Source: Podarcis vaucheri (Eukaryota). Taken from it: a DNA stretch of 64,000 nucleotides. The notes below the pieces were generated by a model. It saw only the letters and a list, made by a program, of their open reading frames with translations, was not told where the DNA came from and ran no database searches. Each line of letters opens with the position of its first letter. Position 1 is the stretch's first letter. Below are positions 50,788-62,100 of the stretch, piece by piece. Where the stretch lies: the NCBI GenBank assembly GCA_965113315.1, contig OZ220371.1; one strand, given 5' to 3'. The position numbers and the translations under genes are program-made.

Positions 50788-51514
50788 AGCAGAGATTGCT
50801 TAAAACTTTTCTTTTTTCAGCTAGAGGGATTAGTTCAGTGCAGCTTTTTTAATTAAAGAAACTGTATCTTTTTCAAGGCAATTTAAGGCTGCAGTAGAAG
50901 GCCATCAGCATTCATAACTTAGTACTATTAACTATAACAAAGAGTTGCTATACCTTTTAAATTTTAAAATAGGAGCCAATCTGCAGAATTTTAGAATTCA
51001 TAATTGCTCCTTACCCAAAATAAGTAGCACTGAATGAATTACTGTCTAGCAGCTTCAAATATGATGCATGCCATTTGGCTTAGCTTCCTTTATTTAAACC
51101 CCCATGGTAATTGTAGAGTGTTTTAATTGCATAAATAAGTGAAAATAGTTCTGGTGTACGCCTCCTTTGTTCAAAACTTATAAGGAATATTTATCCATTA
51201 AAAAAATGTCTGTACATATGCAACACACACATGCATAAAGTATTCAGTACTCAGGAAATATAAATTTGAGATGAATTTACAGCTCAATTTAACCAAGGTA
51301 AATTGATGGAAACCTCAAATATTTCAAATAAGGCCCATATGGTGATCACTTTACAAAGCATATAGGGATGGTGCTTGGGTTGCAACATACACATCTCCAG
51401 CTAAATTCCATGTCAGATCAATTAGAAACAGTTCTCCTGGACAGACAGGAACAGAGTGTGTTGCCACTAGACTGACAGGGTATAGACATGAAAGCAGCAA
51501 TACTAGGTCCTTCC

Positions 51515-51553
<39 letters not shown>
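51515..51553. repeat. (TAT)n microsatellite
   Basis: Direct reading. Confidence 0.97.
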
Positions 51554-51555
<2 letters not shown>

Positions 51556-52510
51556 TACTTTAATTGGAAAACAATATTGTGTTCATATTTTTATTAGTAA
51601 ACATATATAAGATCAGTTGTATAACCCCTCCCCCCAATGAAAGAAATTATTTCCCCCACCACTTTTCAGTCAGGCTGGTGTATACTGCTGGATGCATCAA
51701 CTTGAAAGTTTTGCATTATGTAGTCCCTGAGACCTGTAGCTATGTTTGAGCTTAACAGTTGATGGCAACAACTGTTAGAAATTATTTCAAGCATTCTGTG
51801 GTCAGAGGAAATGGTACTTTAAGAAAGTCTATGAGGGTGTCATAGTTGAAACTAATTTTATTTCTACTCCAAAAAGTAAATATGAATATACCATAAATAT
51901 ATGTATACTATATACAAATATATACAAATAAGTGAGTGATATATAATTAAGGACCATAATTAATGTAGCACTTTTAACTTGGAAAATATTTACATTTGTT
52001 GTGTTGCTTTTTTGTTCCCATTTTATGGAGAGAGAATTGAGGCTGCGGGAGAACGATTTGGCTAAATAACTCTCTTGCCAGCTTACACACTAAATCAGCG
52101 GCTGGATAATATTTTTCACTCAGTTTATCTACTCTGTCTTTCCATCATGGATGTTATAGGCAATTACCTTATAGTATAATATTTGACAGTAGATCCTGAG
52201 AAAGTGAACGTAATTCCATTGATTAAATTTAACAAGGTTGTGTAAGTGGCCATTGGGGAACATCTACCAGTGTTAAGGATTCTTCACAATAACTCAAGTG
52301 TGGGCAGGGGGAGCTGAAGCATTTCATATCAGAAGATTGTACATGCCTGTTTTACTGTAGGTCCTGGGAACCTGCTGTCAGTCATAGTTTTCCAATAAAA
52401 GTGTGTATGATAAATAGACATATGAGCAATCGTCTCACATGAGATGGACATGAGCATGGGATCCTCACACCTGTGTCCATTGCAGACTACTGTAATGTGT
52501 GATATACCTT

Positions 52511-52870
52511 AAAGGTAAAGATAAAGGGACCCCTGACCGTTAGGTCCAGTCACGGATGACTGTGGGGTTGCGGCGCTCATCTTGCTTTACTGGCCGAGGG
52601 AGCCGGCGTACAGCTTCTGGGTCATGTGGCCAGCATGACTAAGTTGCTTCTGGTGAACCAGAGCAGCACACAGAAATTCCGTTTACCTTCCTGCCAGATT
52701 AGAAATAGCGGTACCTATTTATCTACTTGCACTTCGTGCTTTCGAACTGCTAGGTGGGCAGGAGCAGGGGCCAAGCAACAGGAGCTCACCGTGTTGCGGG
52801 GATTCGAACCGCTGACATTCTGATCGTTAAGCCCTAGGCTCTGTGGTTTAACCCACAGCGCCACCCGCAT
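52511..52870 (-). mobile_element. Sauria SINE
   Basis: Tail AAAGGTAAAGATAAAGGG and full body with a short internal insertion (ATTAGAAAT). Probable TSD CCTTAAAG (52507-52514, 52879-52886). Confidence 0.95.
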
Positions 52871-55030
52871 TAGGATTCCCTTAAAGACAGTTTGGCGACT
52901 GATAAAGAATTTTGCTGCCAGCTTATTGATGCATGTGGATAGGGGAGAACATACCGTATCTATTCTGAGTTATCTGCATAAGCATTAGCTAAAGTTGTTT
53001 TAGGCAAATTTTTATAGTAAGTACAGAGCTTTAAATCCTTTACATGCCTCAGGTCTCAAGCATCTTAAACTCCCTAAGGTTTTAAGAATGGCCACTGTTA
53101 CCTTCCGATAGGTATTGTTTCTAGGAAGGCAATGATATCTTACTTGATGAAGGTACTTTTCTATGGTGACCCCAGAGCTATGGACGTTTCAGTAGGTTTC
53201 TCCTTGATTTATTTTTTGGTAGCAGGTTAAATTATGTTTAATCCACTGGGCATTTGGAAACTAGGTGTAGATATTTTACTGTAGGTTTTTGGTACTTTTG
53301 AATTATGGTTTTATACTGCTTAAATTTGATATACATTATATTTCTTGTTTCTAGCTTCTGTAAACCACATTGTTTACCACATTTTTAAAAAGAAATATGT
53401 AATTAATATGAAATTGCAATGACTAAAAATTTTGAGTGCAGCATACTTAAGAAATTACCATTGCTATGTACAAAGCCTTGCTCAGTTAATAGTAGCAATA
53501 GTATAGTGGTGGTGATGTATGACAGCACGAGGATCACTTGGATCCCTCCTGCCCCAGGCAATATGTGGACTCTGTCAAGTTGGTTCTTTTATGAGTCCAT
53601 AGTAAAGAGGGTCAATGCCTGGGTGAAACTAAAGTACCATGCTTTCACTAGAGGTCAACCTCATCTAGAGCATTGGTTTATGCAGTGGAACACAAACTAA
53701 TGTAGCAGAAAAGCATGACCCCCATTTAAAGGTTGATTTGTATGATAATCAGTACATTCAGTGGCTCCAGAATGGATGCATGTAGGACCCTAGTTTGCCT
53801 TAATTAAGGTAATTAAGACATATTTCTCATTGCAGACAGCCATTTAATTTTAGAGCTTAGTCAGTGATCTGAGTAGAATATTTGTTTTGCTAATTTATGG
53901 CCAAGCAAACTAAATTTCTCAAAATACCCATGGCAGCTTAGTAATATTTCTTTGTAAGCATGTTTTATTTATTTTTTAAAAGAAACTTATCATATTTCTC
54001 TCTTAATGCAGTAAACTGGAAATACCTGTACAATGAAAGCTGCAGCTACAGTTTTGTTATATTTGACCTCAAAATCAAAAGACCCATTTACTAATTTATT
54101 AATGGGCTACTGACAGGGCACTGCAGCATAGCTGAAAGATTTGATTTTAAACTGATTTACCTATTTAATTGGCTTAGATCCTAGTACTTTATTTTGATGA
54201 TATTGTGGATCAGTCTGCTTTGTGAGATGTTGAGAGATAAATTGGGGCTTAAGTTGTAAACATTTATTTCCCATTAAATCTGAATGTTCTACCTGCCACC
54301 CCCCATTTTTAAAATAGAAAAAGATAACTAGGTTTATTTTCCTATGGCTTTTCTAGGATTTTTCTGCTTAATGAAAATTCAGAGTCTATAGTAACTTCAT
54401 GCAATTACAAGATCTTCAGGCAGGCTGAAAGATTTTTTCAGCTGTCGTTAGGCACAAATGGATACCTGCCCTGCCTCCCAAATATAAGAAAATAGCAGCA
54501 GCAAAGTACAATTAGTAAGTTGAGGGGGTTATCTTTGGAGAGCCTTTGAGTAACCTGATACTACGCTGATCTGCTAGAATGCTCTCAGACTGCATGGCAA
54601 ATATGCCCCCAAAGGCAGAGGCTAAAGGGGAGGCAGAAAAATGACCTAACTCTGCTGTATTTTCCAGAGGAAGTCCTAAATGACTGTTCAGCCTGATCCA
54701 GCTCAGGGATAAAAACCATGGAGCTAATTGTAGGAAGAACAAATGGGAATTGTAACTGTCACATTATGGCCAGCCAATAAGATTGATGGAGCAACTGAAA
54801 CACCCCCCTTCTTCTTTTTTTAATATCATGCTTTCTTCTTATCCACAGTAATGCACAGAACTTGCTCTTTAACTCCCACCCAGTCAACCTCTTATCTAAC
54901 TATCCTCAACCACATCTTGACGCATACCCCCAAAGCAAACTTAGTGGTTAGAAACAATTTCCTCGGATATGAGTTGTATTTCAGTGCCATTTGACAAGCA
55001 TTTTTTTAATGCACTTGAGTACCTTTAAAA

Positions 55031-55032
<2 letters not shown>

Positions 55033-55071
<39 letters not shown>

Positions 55072-55086
55072 GCAGCAGCAGCAGCA
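55033..55086. repeat. Compound (GA)n(GCA)n microsatellite
   Basis: Direct reading. Confidence 0.97.
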
Positions 55087-58000
55087 ACCACCCCCCTTCT
55101 ACATAGAAGAGGTAGATTAACATGGAGGGGGGGCATCAGGGCAACTTTACAAGTCTGGAGAGGACATGCCAATGCCTGGATTTTCCCCCTCCCCGTTTTT
55201 ATGGGTAGGTTCCAGCAGGCAGGAGCCAGAAAGTCGTGCGTCGGGGTTCAATCCTGCTGTTTCCTTTCAATTACACCTTGGATCTAAGAAGCCAAAGGGA
55301 CTGGGAGGCTCTCCTTGACACTTTAATGCTGAAACACGTGCAACCTTTTTTCGTCTGGTACTGCAATATAAAAGTTTATTGCTAGTTGTCGTGGGGTGGG
55401 AAGAGAAGCAGTCTATTAAATTAATGCGCCGGCTAGACTGTAGATACGGGTGTGGTTTTTTTAAATAAAAATATTATTAAATATTTTTAGTTCAGTCACG
55501 TCTAGTGACAGACTTTGGAAAGATGTTAGGATATTAGCCAGATCAGATCTGAAAGAAACGTGACTTAACGCACTTCAAATTAGCTTAAAGGCTAAAGCGT
55601 AATTAAACTCCAGTAAGCTTCATCCTCTAGTATTAAACTTACCCTCCGATCCTAAAACGCATTACTTGAAAGTAAGCCTCGCAGCTTTAAGCAAGACGTT
55701 AAGACTGGACTGCTCCTCTCTGTTTTAAATAGTATTTTCTTTGCAAGGTACTTATCCTGTGGACTCGGTCTCTGAACTAGAAGGGGTGGCTTTCAACATA
55801 TTCGCTGCATCCCTTGCTATAAAATACACTGAAGAGGAGAGGATAGAAAACGCAGAGGGCAGATCTGCCTAAAGGGATGGGAAAATTTGTCCTTCCCTTG
55901 GATCTTTGCAGTACTTTTCCTCTTGCAATTATAATGCTAGATTCTTTTTTTCTACACAGAGAAGCGAATCTAACTGGGGTGCGGGGTGTGACAATTACAT
56001 TTACACTTAATTTTTTTCCGGAAATTTACCCCCACCCTCCAAAAATACCCTTCCTACACTATACGTTCCTGTTTACTCACTCCTCCGCATAGCAGTCTCA
56101 AATTTAAGTGTAGCCCAGAAAAATGCTTTATGTTCGAGCATTTCTCTCATCGGTGCTGCGACTGCTTTTAGGAGGCAGCCCAAAGGCAGAGGAAGCTGCT
56201 GGGCCGTCGCTATTTTTTGAGGAGCGAGAACTTGAAAGGATTCTTTGATGAGCCTTCGAAGTTTCTTTACCTGCACCTTGCCATTTCCTTTCCACTACCA
56301 TGGTGGAATCCGGTGTCGAAAGCTGCCTTCAGAGCCCCACCCTCGCCCATTGCCACGCGCCTCTCTCTCCAACTAGTAATTTCAGTGCCCTTTTCACACG
56401 AGCGGGTTGGCAGCCTCGGAACTTGAGCGGGCTGTTTAGATTACGAGGGCGCCGCGCCTCTTCCCCTGTCGTGGCGAAGAGATTTGTTTCATCACTGTGC
56501 TGCCCAATTTCCTGCTGTCTTCACCTACCGAAGGGTGTTTAAACACGAGTGTGTCACTCCTTTTGCTTGTAAAGGCGCAGTCAGGAAAGAGGATTTTACG
56601 TGGTCAGAGTAGTGCCCACATTCGTTAACCGACAAGGTGAGCGAGGTCTTTTGGAAGGAAAAAGTCAGCTGCCGTCGCAGGCACCGGCCACCACAGGACA
56701 GCAGCCCAACCGAGATTGCGCAGTATGTGGCCACAAACCTACCTGTTCGCCCTCGAAGAGCTAGCTCCCTGTATGGCAGACTGGCCTTCTGCCATGCCTG
56801 CTGCACTTTTTACTCCACACACACCTGCTTTTCACCCACGGACCCACCCACCTACTTTGTTTTGAGCCTAGATCCTGACGAAGAGTTCTGTGAAGCTCGG
56901 AAGTTAGCTCGGTGCTCTGCGATTCTACATGGTTCTAATGTATTACGATACAAGAGCGTTACGCTGCTGTCTGTATCTGTTTGCATGTACATCCTCTCTT
57001 GTGAATTTAATACACTTCCCCATCACAAGTTTTTGAAACCTGGGAAGGCAAGAGGGGGGAAGCGTGTATATGTGTGTGTGGTTTGTTGGGGGGCGGACGG
57101 CTTTCTGGCTGCTGTGTTACACAGGACGCAAGGAGTAAGGAAATGCTAGGATGTCAAGCAGACCATTTCTCCCTGTAAAGGCGCAGTCACCTAGGAATAT
57201 TAACTGAGAAATAAGTGGCTTCTCCCAAGTGAGTGAGGTTAGTGTGGCAGCCTCAAAGAGGGAAAATATCAGCACCACCAAGAAAATAAGGTATACATAA
57301 GTATTACTGTATAGGATCTTAACAGGGAGGCGTAAGAGGAGACGAGAGAAAAGACGTGGCATGTTATCTTCCTCGGGGCGGGAGAAAGAATTGACGCGGA
57401 CGCAGACGGGAGTCTCGGTGTAAACTTCAGAATCGGAGCGGGCAGTTGGCGGAGTCGTCTCTTGCCCAGAAGATGCCGCGTAGCCCAACGAGGCAAGAGC
57501 GCGCGTCCGGGTGCATGCGAGAGAAAGTGAGCGAGGCAGCCACACTTTCGCCCGCTGCGCGCCGAAGAGGATTCGTCCCAGCTAAGAGCGCGTTTCCCGC
57601 GCCTAAATTTCAGAGAGAGGGCTGGTCCAAAACCCGCCGGTCATTAAGAGGAAATGAGACAGGGACCGACTTCCAGGCTTGCGTAGCCGTGCAACTCAGC
57701 CCTGCGCCTTTGCATTCGGCGCTAAATCCCAGCAGAGTTCATTAGGACTCACTCCGAAGTGCGCCTAGGATGGCAGCCTTAATTACAGCCCTCTGCTATG
57801 CTTCATCATCAATCTCGGAGGCAGTCATTTGCTTAGCCACCCTCGCTCTAATGACTCAGCTGACCTAACATGCCCAGCCTATGAAACAACAGCCAAGAGG
57901 AGGGAAATTAAAAGTGGGGGGGGGGGACTAGAAGAAAAACAAACACGCGCCACCACCAAAGTATTGCCTAAGAATAGCAGCGCCCTTCCCATCGCTCTGA

Positions 58001-58689
58001 AGAGCACAGGGTCAAGTGCAAACATTTAGCGCAGTTATTCTCGCACCACCCTCTAGGACGTATAAATAAGGATAGGTGGAGAGATAAATAGGCAAATTCC
58101 ATCCCAATCGCAAGCGGTGCACACCCGAGTCCCTCTCCTCCTCGTTCAGGCGGCGGATCTGGGCGCATGTATAATGAGGATCTGTAAGTTCATTAGTGTT
58201 TGCAATCAGCGGCACGCAGACACCCTCATCAGGGCAGAAAGCTGCAAAGAGCCATTCATCAGCGTGAAGTGTTGTTCACGGATGACCCCTAAATCATGGC
58301 ACTAGTGGTAGATGCACTGATTGGACACAGCATGGGAGCCTCGGCACTTTACATTAACCAACGGAGGCAGTGGGGAAAAGAAAAGGGGACGAGGCGGAGG
58401 TGGTTCAGTCCATCTGACAGCAGAAGGCAGCAAAAGGGGCGCCTTGGCGGGAAAAGCTCGGGCAAGGAGAGCGGCTGCCCGTTTGCCAAATGCCGGGGCA
58501 GAGGAGCCGGAGATTATAAATGGCCAAGTCCATTCCCCAGCGCCTCGGCCAGGGGGATGGACCTCCCCTCGCTTTATGGTAGGCGCCTCTCTCGCGTGTG
58601 CGTCTCTCTCCCCCTCTCTGGCGAGGCAGGCAGGAGCTGAAGCGGCTGCCTCTGCCGAGCCTCCCTTTGGGGTCTCCCCCCTCGCTTTA

Positions 58690-59198
58690 TAGTTAGATCC
58701 TCCCGGCTGCTGCTGCTGCTCCTCCTCCCCCCTTCCCTCCCCCCGCCTTCTGTGGCACTTTATTTTTGGGGGTCGTCCTCGCGCTTTCTTCCATCTCTTG
58801 AGAGAGGGCGGGAAAAAATAATAATAAACTCCCCGCGCGCGACTCTTGCCAGGAGAAAGACGAGTAGCCCGGGGAGCTGCGGAAAGTGAACTCCTCGGGG
58901 CTTGCCCCTCTCTCTCCCTCCCTCCCTCCCTCCCCCCCCTCTCTTCAATCCCTGGCAGGACAGGGAAAGGAACTTGTAACAGTTTTCTTTTTCTTCTCTC
59001 CCCCCCTCCCAATTCCCCTCATTCTCCACCCCTTTCCCGCGATTTCCCCTCTCTCTCTGTCTCTCTCTCCCTCAACCCGCTCCCCGTTTTTGGCAAAGTG
59101 TATGGTGCGTGCGCTGCCGCTGCTTCTGCTCTTCCCGGCGCTGTTGGGCTAACTGAGGAGAGAAGGCGGAGGAGAGAGTCCGCGCTAAGGCGCCCTGG
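58690..59198 (+). other. Putative non-coding first (5' UTR) exon; start approximate
   Basis: Strong 5' splice site CTGG|GTAAGT at 59198/59199 inside the CpG island, followed by G-rich then AT-rich intron-like sequence. No ATG-initiated frame crosses the donor. Confidence 0.65.
59102..59152 (+). CDS. Candidate upstream ORF, 16 aa MVRALPLLLLFPALLG
   Basis: Only ATG in the putative exon (context TGTATGG). Terminates at TAA before the donor. Confidence 0.35.
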   Translation: MVRALPLLLLFPALLG

Positions 59199-62100
59199 GT
59201 AAGTGGCTGCGTTTCGCGCGCTTTGCTGGTCCTAGTGCCCGCGTCCCAGGCTGAGGTACCGAGGAGTTCCGATGAGGAGCCGGTGCGCGCGGCGGGGCGG
59301 GGGGTGGGGGAGAAAAGGGGTCCTCCTTTCCCTGCTCCCTCACTTTGAACTCTCGCCTATTTGGAAAGCTCCCCTTGAGTCGCCTGGAAACTTTTTTTTC
59401 TTTTGGTTTGGGCTTTTGTTCTTTCTCTCTCTCTCTGCCGGCGGCTTCGCTGCCTGTCAGCGGGAAGAGGAGCAGGGACGGCGAGCGGGCGCAGTTGGGG
59501 GTGGGGAGGGGGGCGAGAGAGACAAGAGAACCCAGAGCGACTTTCGTTTGGTGCCAAATGTGGGTCTTGACGGTGCCCTGTGGAAGCGATGCAGCGCCCC
59601 GCCGCAGCCGCGAAGTATAGATGTTTCTGAGACTGTGGACACCGCAAGAGGCGCAGAAGGAAGGGTAGCACTGCGTGTTTGGGGTGCGTGTGGGGGGTGG
59701 GGCGGGGGGTGGGGTGATGGTTGCTTCAACTTGATCAGCCGCCACCTCGTGCGAGACAAGACAGAAATGTTGCCTTGACTAGGAGACTCGTCTGTTGACA
59801 TACGTGGTGTCGTCGTCGTTCCAGCGTCCTTTAATTTCTAAGGGCGAGCGGAGGATTTTGCCTCTCAGGATTCAGTAGGTTGCGCTTTGCTGATTTATCG
59901 ACCTTCTCTGGTCACGCAAGGTGTACATACGCATTACTTATCCGAAACATTTCCCTCCTAAGCTAGCAAAAATCTAGTCTTCTACGCTACTGGACTCTAT
60001 ACTTTAGATTTAGCACGAAACTACTGCTTTCATAGCAATTTCATTTCTTTCCTTCCCCCTTCATTAGTCCAGACGTTTATTTGCAAGTGTGTAAGGGAAG
60101 CTGAAGGAGTATAAATGCCAGCCTGGGCTTAACTTGTGGTGGACTTAGGTATGGTTTCTGTTATCTGTGGTGTGATCTGTATGGATAAGATTGTCTCTTT
60201 TCATAGCAGTGCACTTCTTATCTGTTGACAACGTATTTGTCAAACCTTTGTAGACAGTAGCAGAATCCACTGGGTGGTCTCTGGAAGTTGGACGTTCAGA
60301 CTTTACTTAGTCTTTTGTTACTGTGCAGTAACAGAAAAACTGTATTTTGATCTTTCTTTAAACTGTCAAAAAAGCAAGCACAAAAGAGAAGTCTATACTC
60401 TAGAAGATCAGATTGCAGTATATGTTTAGTCTGAACAAAATCACAAATTGCTTATAGAATGTTAATTGCAAAGTATTTTTCTCCCATGCGTTCACTACCT
60501 GTTATCTGAAGTTTCATAATCTCAAAATAACTTTAATGGTAAATCAGAATATATTTCTGTAATATGTGCCTGTTATGTTTCTGTATGCGGAATCTCAGTG
60601 CTGTGATTGTATTGTGATTTGCAGTTTTAAAGCAGTGCATATAATGCCTTAAAACATGTCTTTGAGAGATCCAGTTTTTCACATATTTGATTTCCAGATT
60701 TAGGACTGCAGGCTGATTCCTGCTTAACTTGGGAGTAAACTGTAGGTGATTAAGAAGCACTTAATTCTGAGTAAGACTGCAAAAGAATGCTTGCGCTCCA
60801 ATTAAAAATGCTCATTTTCTGGGTATGAACCCTAGTATGCATCAATAACTATAATGCATCGATACCTATAGTGATGCACTCATACAGATATGCATACTGA
60901 AGGTGTTCAGAATTAACAATTTTAAACCCCCTTAAAAATGCACATATATGCTTAAGAGTTAGCTTATCCTGGCAAGGGTGGGGGCATCTAGGTCACTATA
61001 AGAACTCTTGACCATACACACAGCCTATATCAGAATCTAGGAAATCTTTTTTACTGTATTATGATGTTCTGCTTTCTCTATGGTCAACAACTGCTTACTC
61101 ACTTTGAGATCCTTTGCTCTAATAAACTGAAGTGACTGGATTTAAGCCATTGTTGTCCCATTGGAGTCTATAGTATGATAGTTGGTGTAAATTAAAGTTA
61201 TTGCACTTCTAATGTGGTAGATTGAGAGTAGTTTCAATAAATTAGAAGATAGAAGGCTTAAATGTGCGATGTATAATTTCTGTTGACCTAAGAAGTAAGG
61301 AGGAAGTGTTTCCCTGCATGTGAAGAAATAGAGGGGAACTATGGTTCTGATTCTCAAGCCAGTTATTTAGAGTCAATTCCTGCTCAGTAGGACTACTTAG
61401 GAGTAAGTGGTTGGCTGCGGTAAGTAGAAATAGTATAGGAAAAAGTACAGGAGAAATTGTATCCTGGGAAAAGTATTTTATAGGACAGGGAGGAGACTGC
61501 AATCATACTCATGATACAGTATCAAGCTCGTATTAGTAACACTCCTTTATGCAAAATATAGCTACTTGTCGTTCAAATGTCAGTAAAATAAAACATCTTG
61601 AATTGAATGAAGCTCAAGTATCCAATTGTGAAATTGAAACACAACACTATTGATTGAAAGCAGTGAAAAATGCTTATTGTCCACTCTATATTTAGCAGCC
61701 ATCACCACCCCATGTCTGGAAGAATTGTCATATTGAATCTTAGCCATTTTCTAATATTTTCTTAAGAATGCAATAGGTGGAAAAAAATAGTATGCTTTAA
61801 AAAAGCTTAGGTTTATGACCTCCATAGAACCTTGTCCAAGATTCCAGTACTGTCAAGATAACACTGCTGTTGGTTTCACTGATATTCAGATTAAATCCTA
61901 CTGCCAGTGCAAGTCCACAGTTCCCAGAGAACCACCAGGCCTTATATACGATGGTGTATTGGAATGAGTAGTCCTCAAAAAAGCCAAAATGGCTTTAATT
62001 TAGGGTCATAAAATCAGGATTACCTGAATAAATGACTAAAAATGCTATCTTTAAATCTATCTTGACCCTATCAAGTAGTCCCATTGACCTCAACAGAATT

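Larger units (their letters stand above)
56130..59930. promoter_or_regulatory. CpG island / promoter region of an unidentified + strand gene
   Basis: Abrupt rise in GC and CpG density relative to the CpG-depleted flanks. GC boxes, ATTGG at ~58320, TATAAAT at ~58061 and ~58515, pyrimidine-rich leader. No recognisable TEs. Confidence 0.88.

Noticed and set aside
50405-50852. ORFs with poly-X
   Set aside because: Artefacts of the N gap.
1-55000. Apparent minus-strand bias of retroelements
   Set aside because: Counting the short L2, Squam3 and CR1 tails gives a similar number on plus. The sample is too small.
56637-59801. Many 100-236-aa ORFs on both strands in the CpG island
   Set aside because: Low-complexity, overlapping frames expected from stop-codon depletion in GC-rich DNA. 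No recognisable domain, so no gene symbol is assigned.
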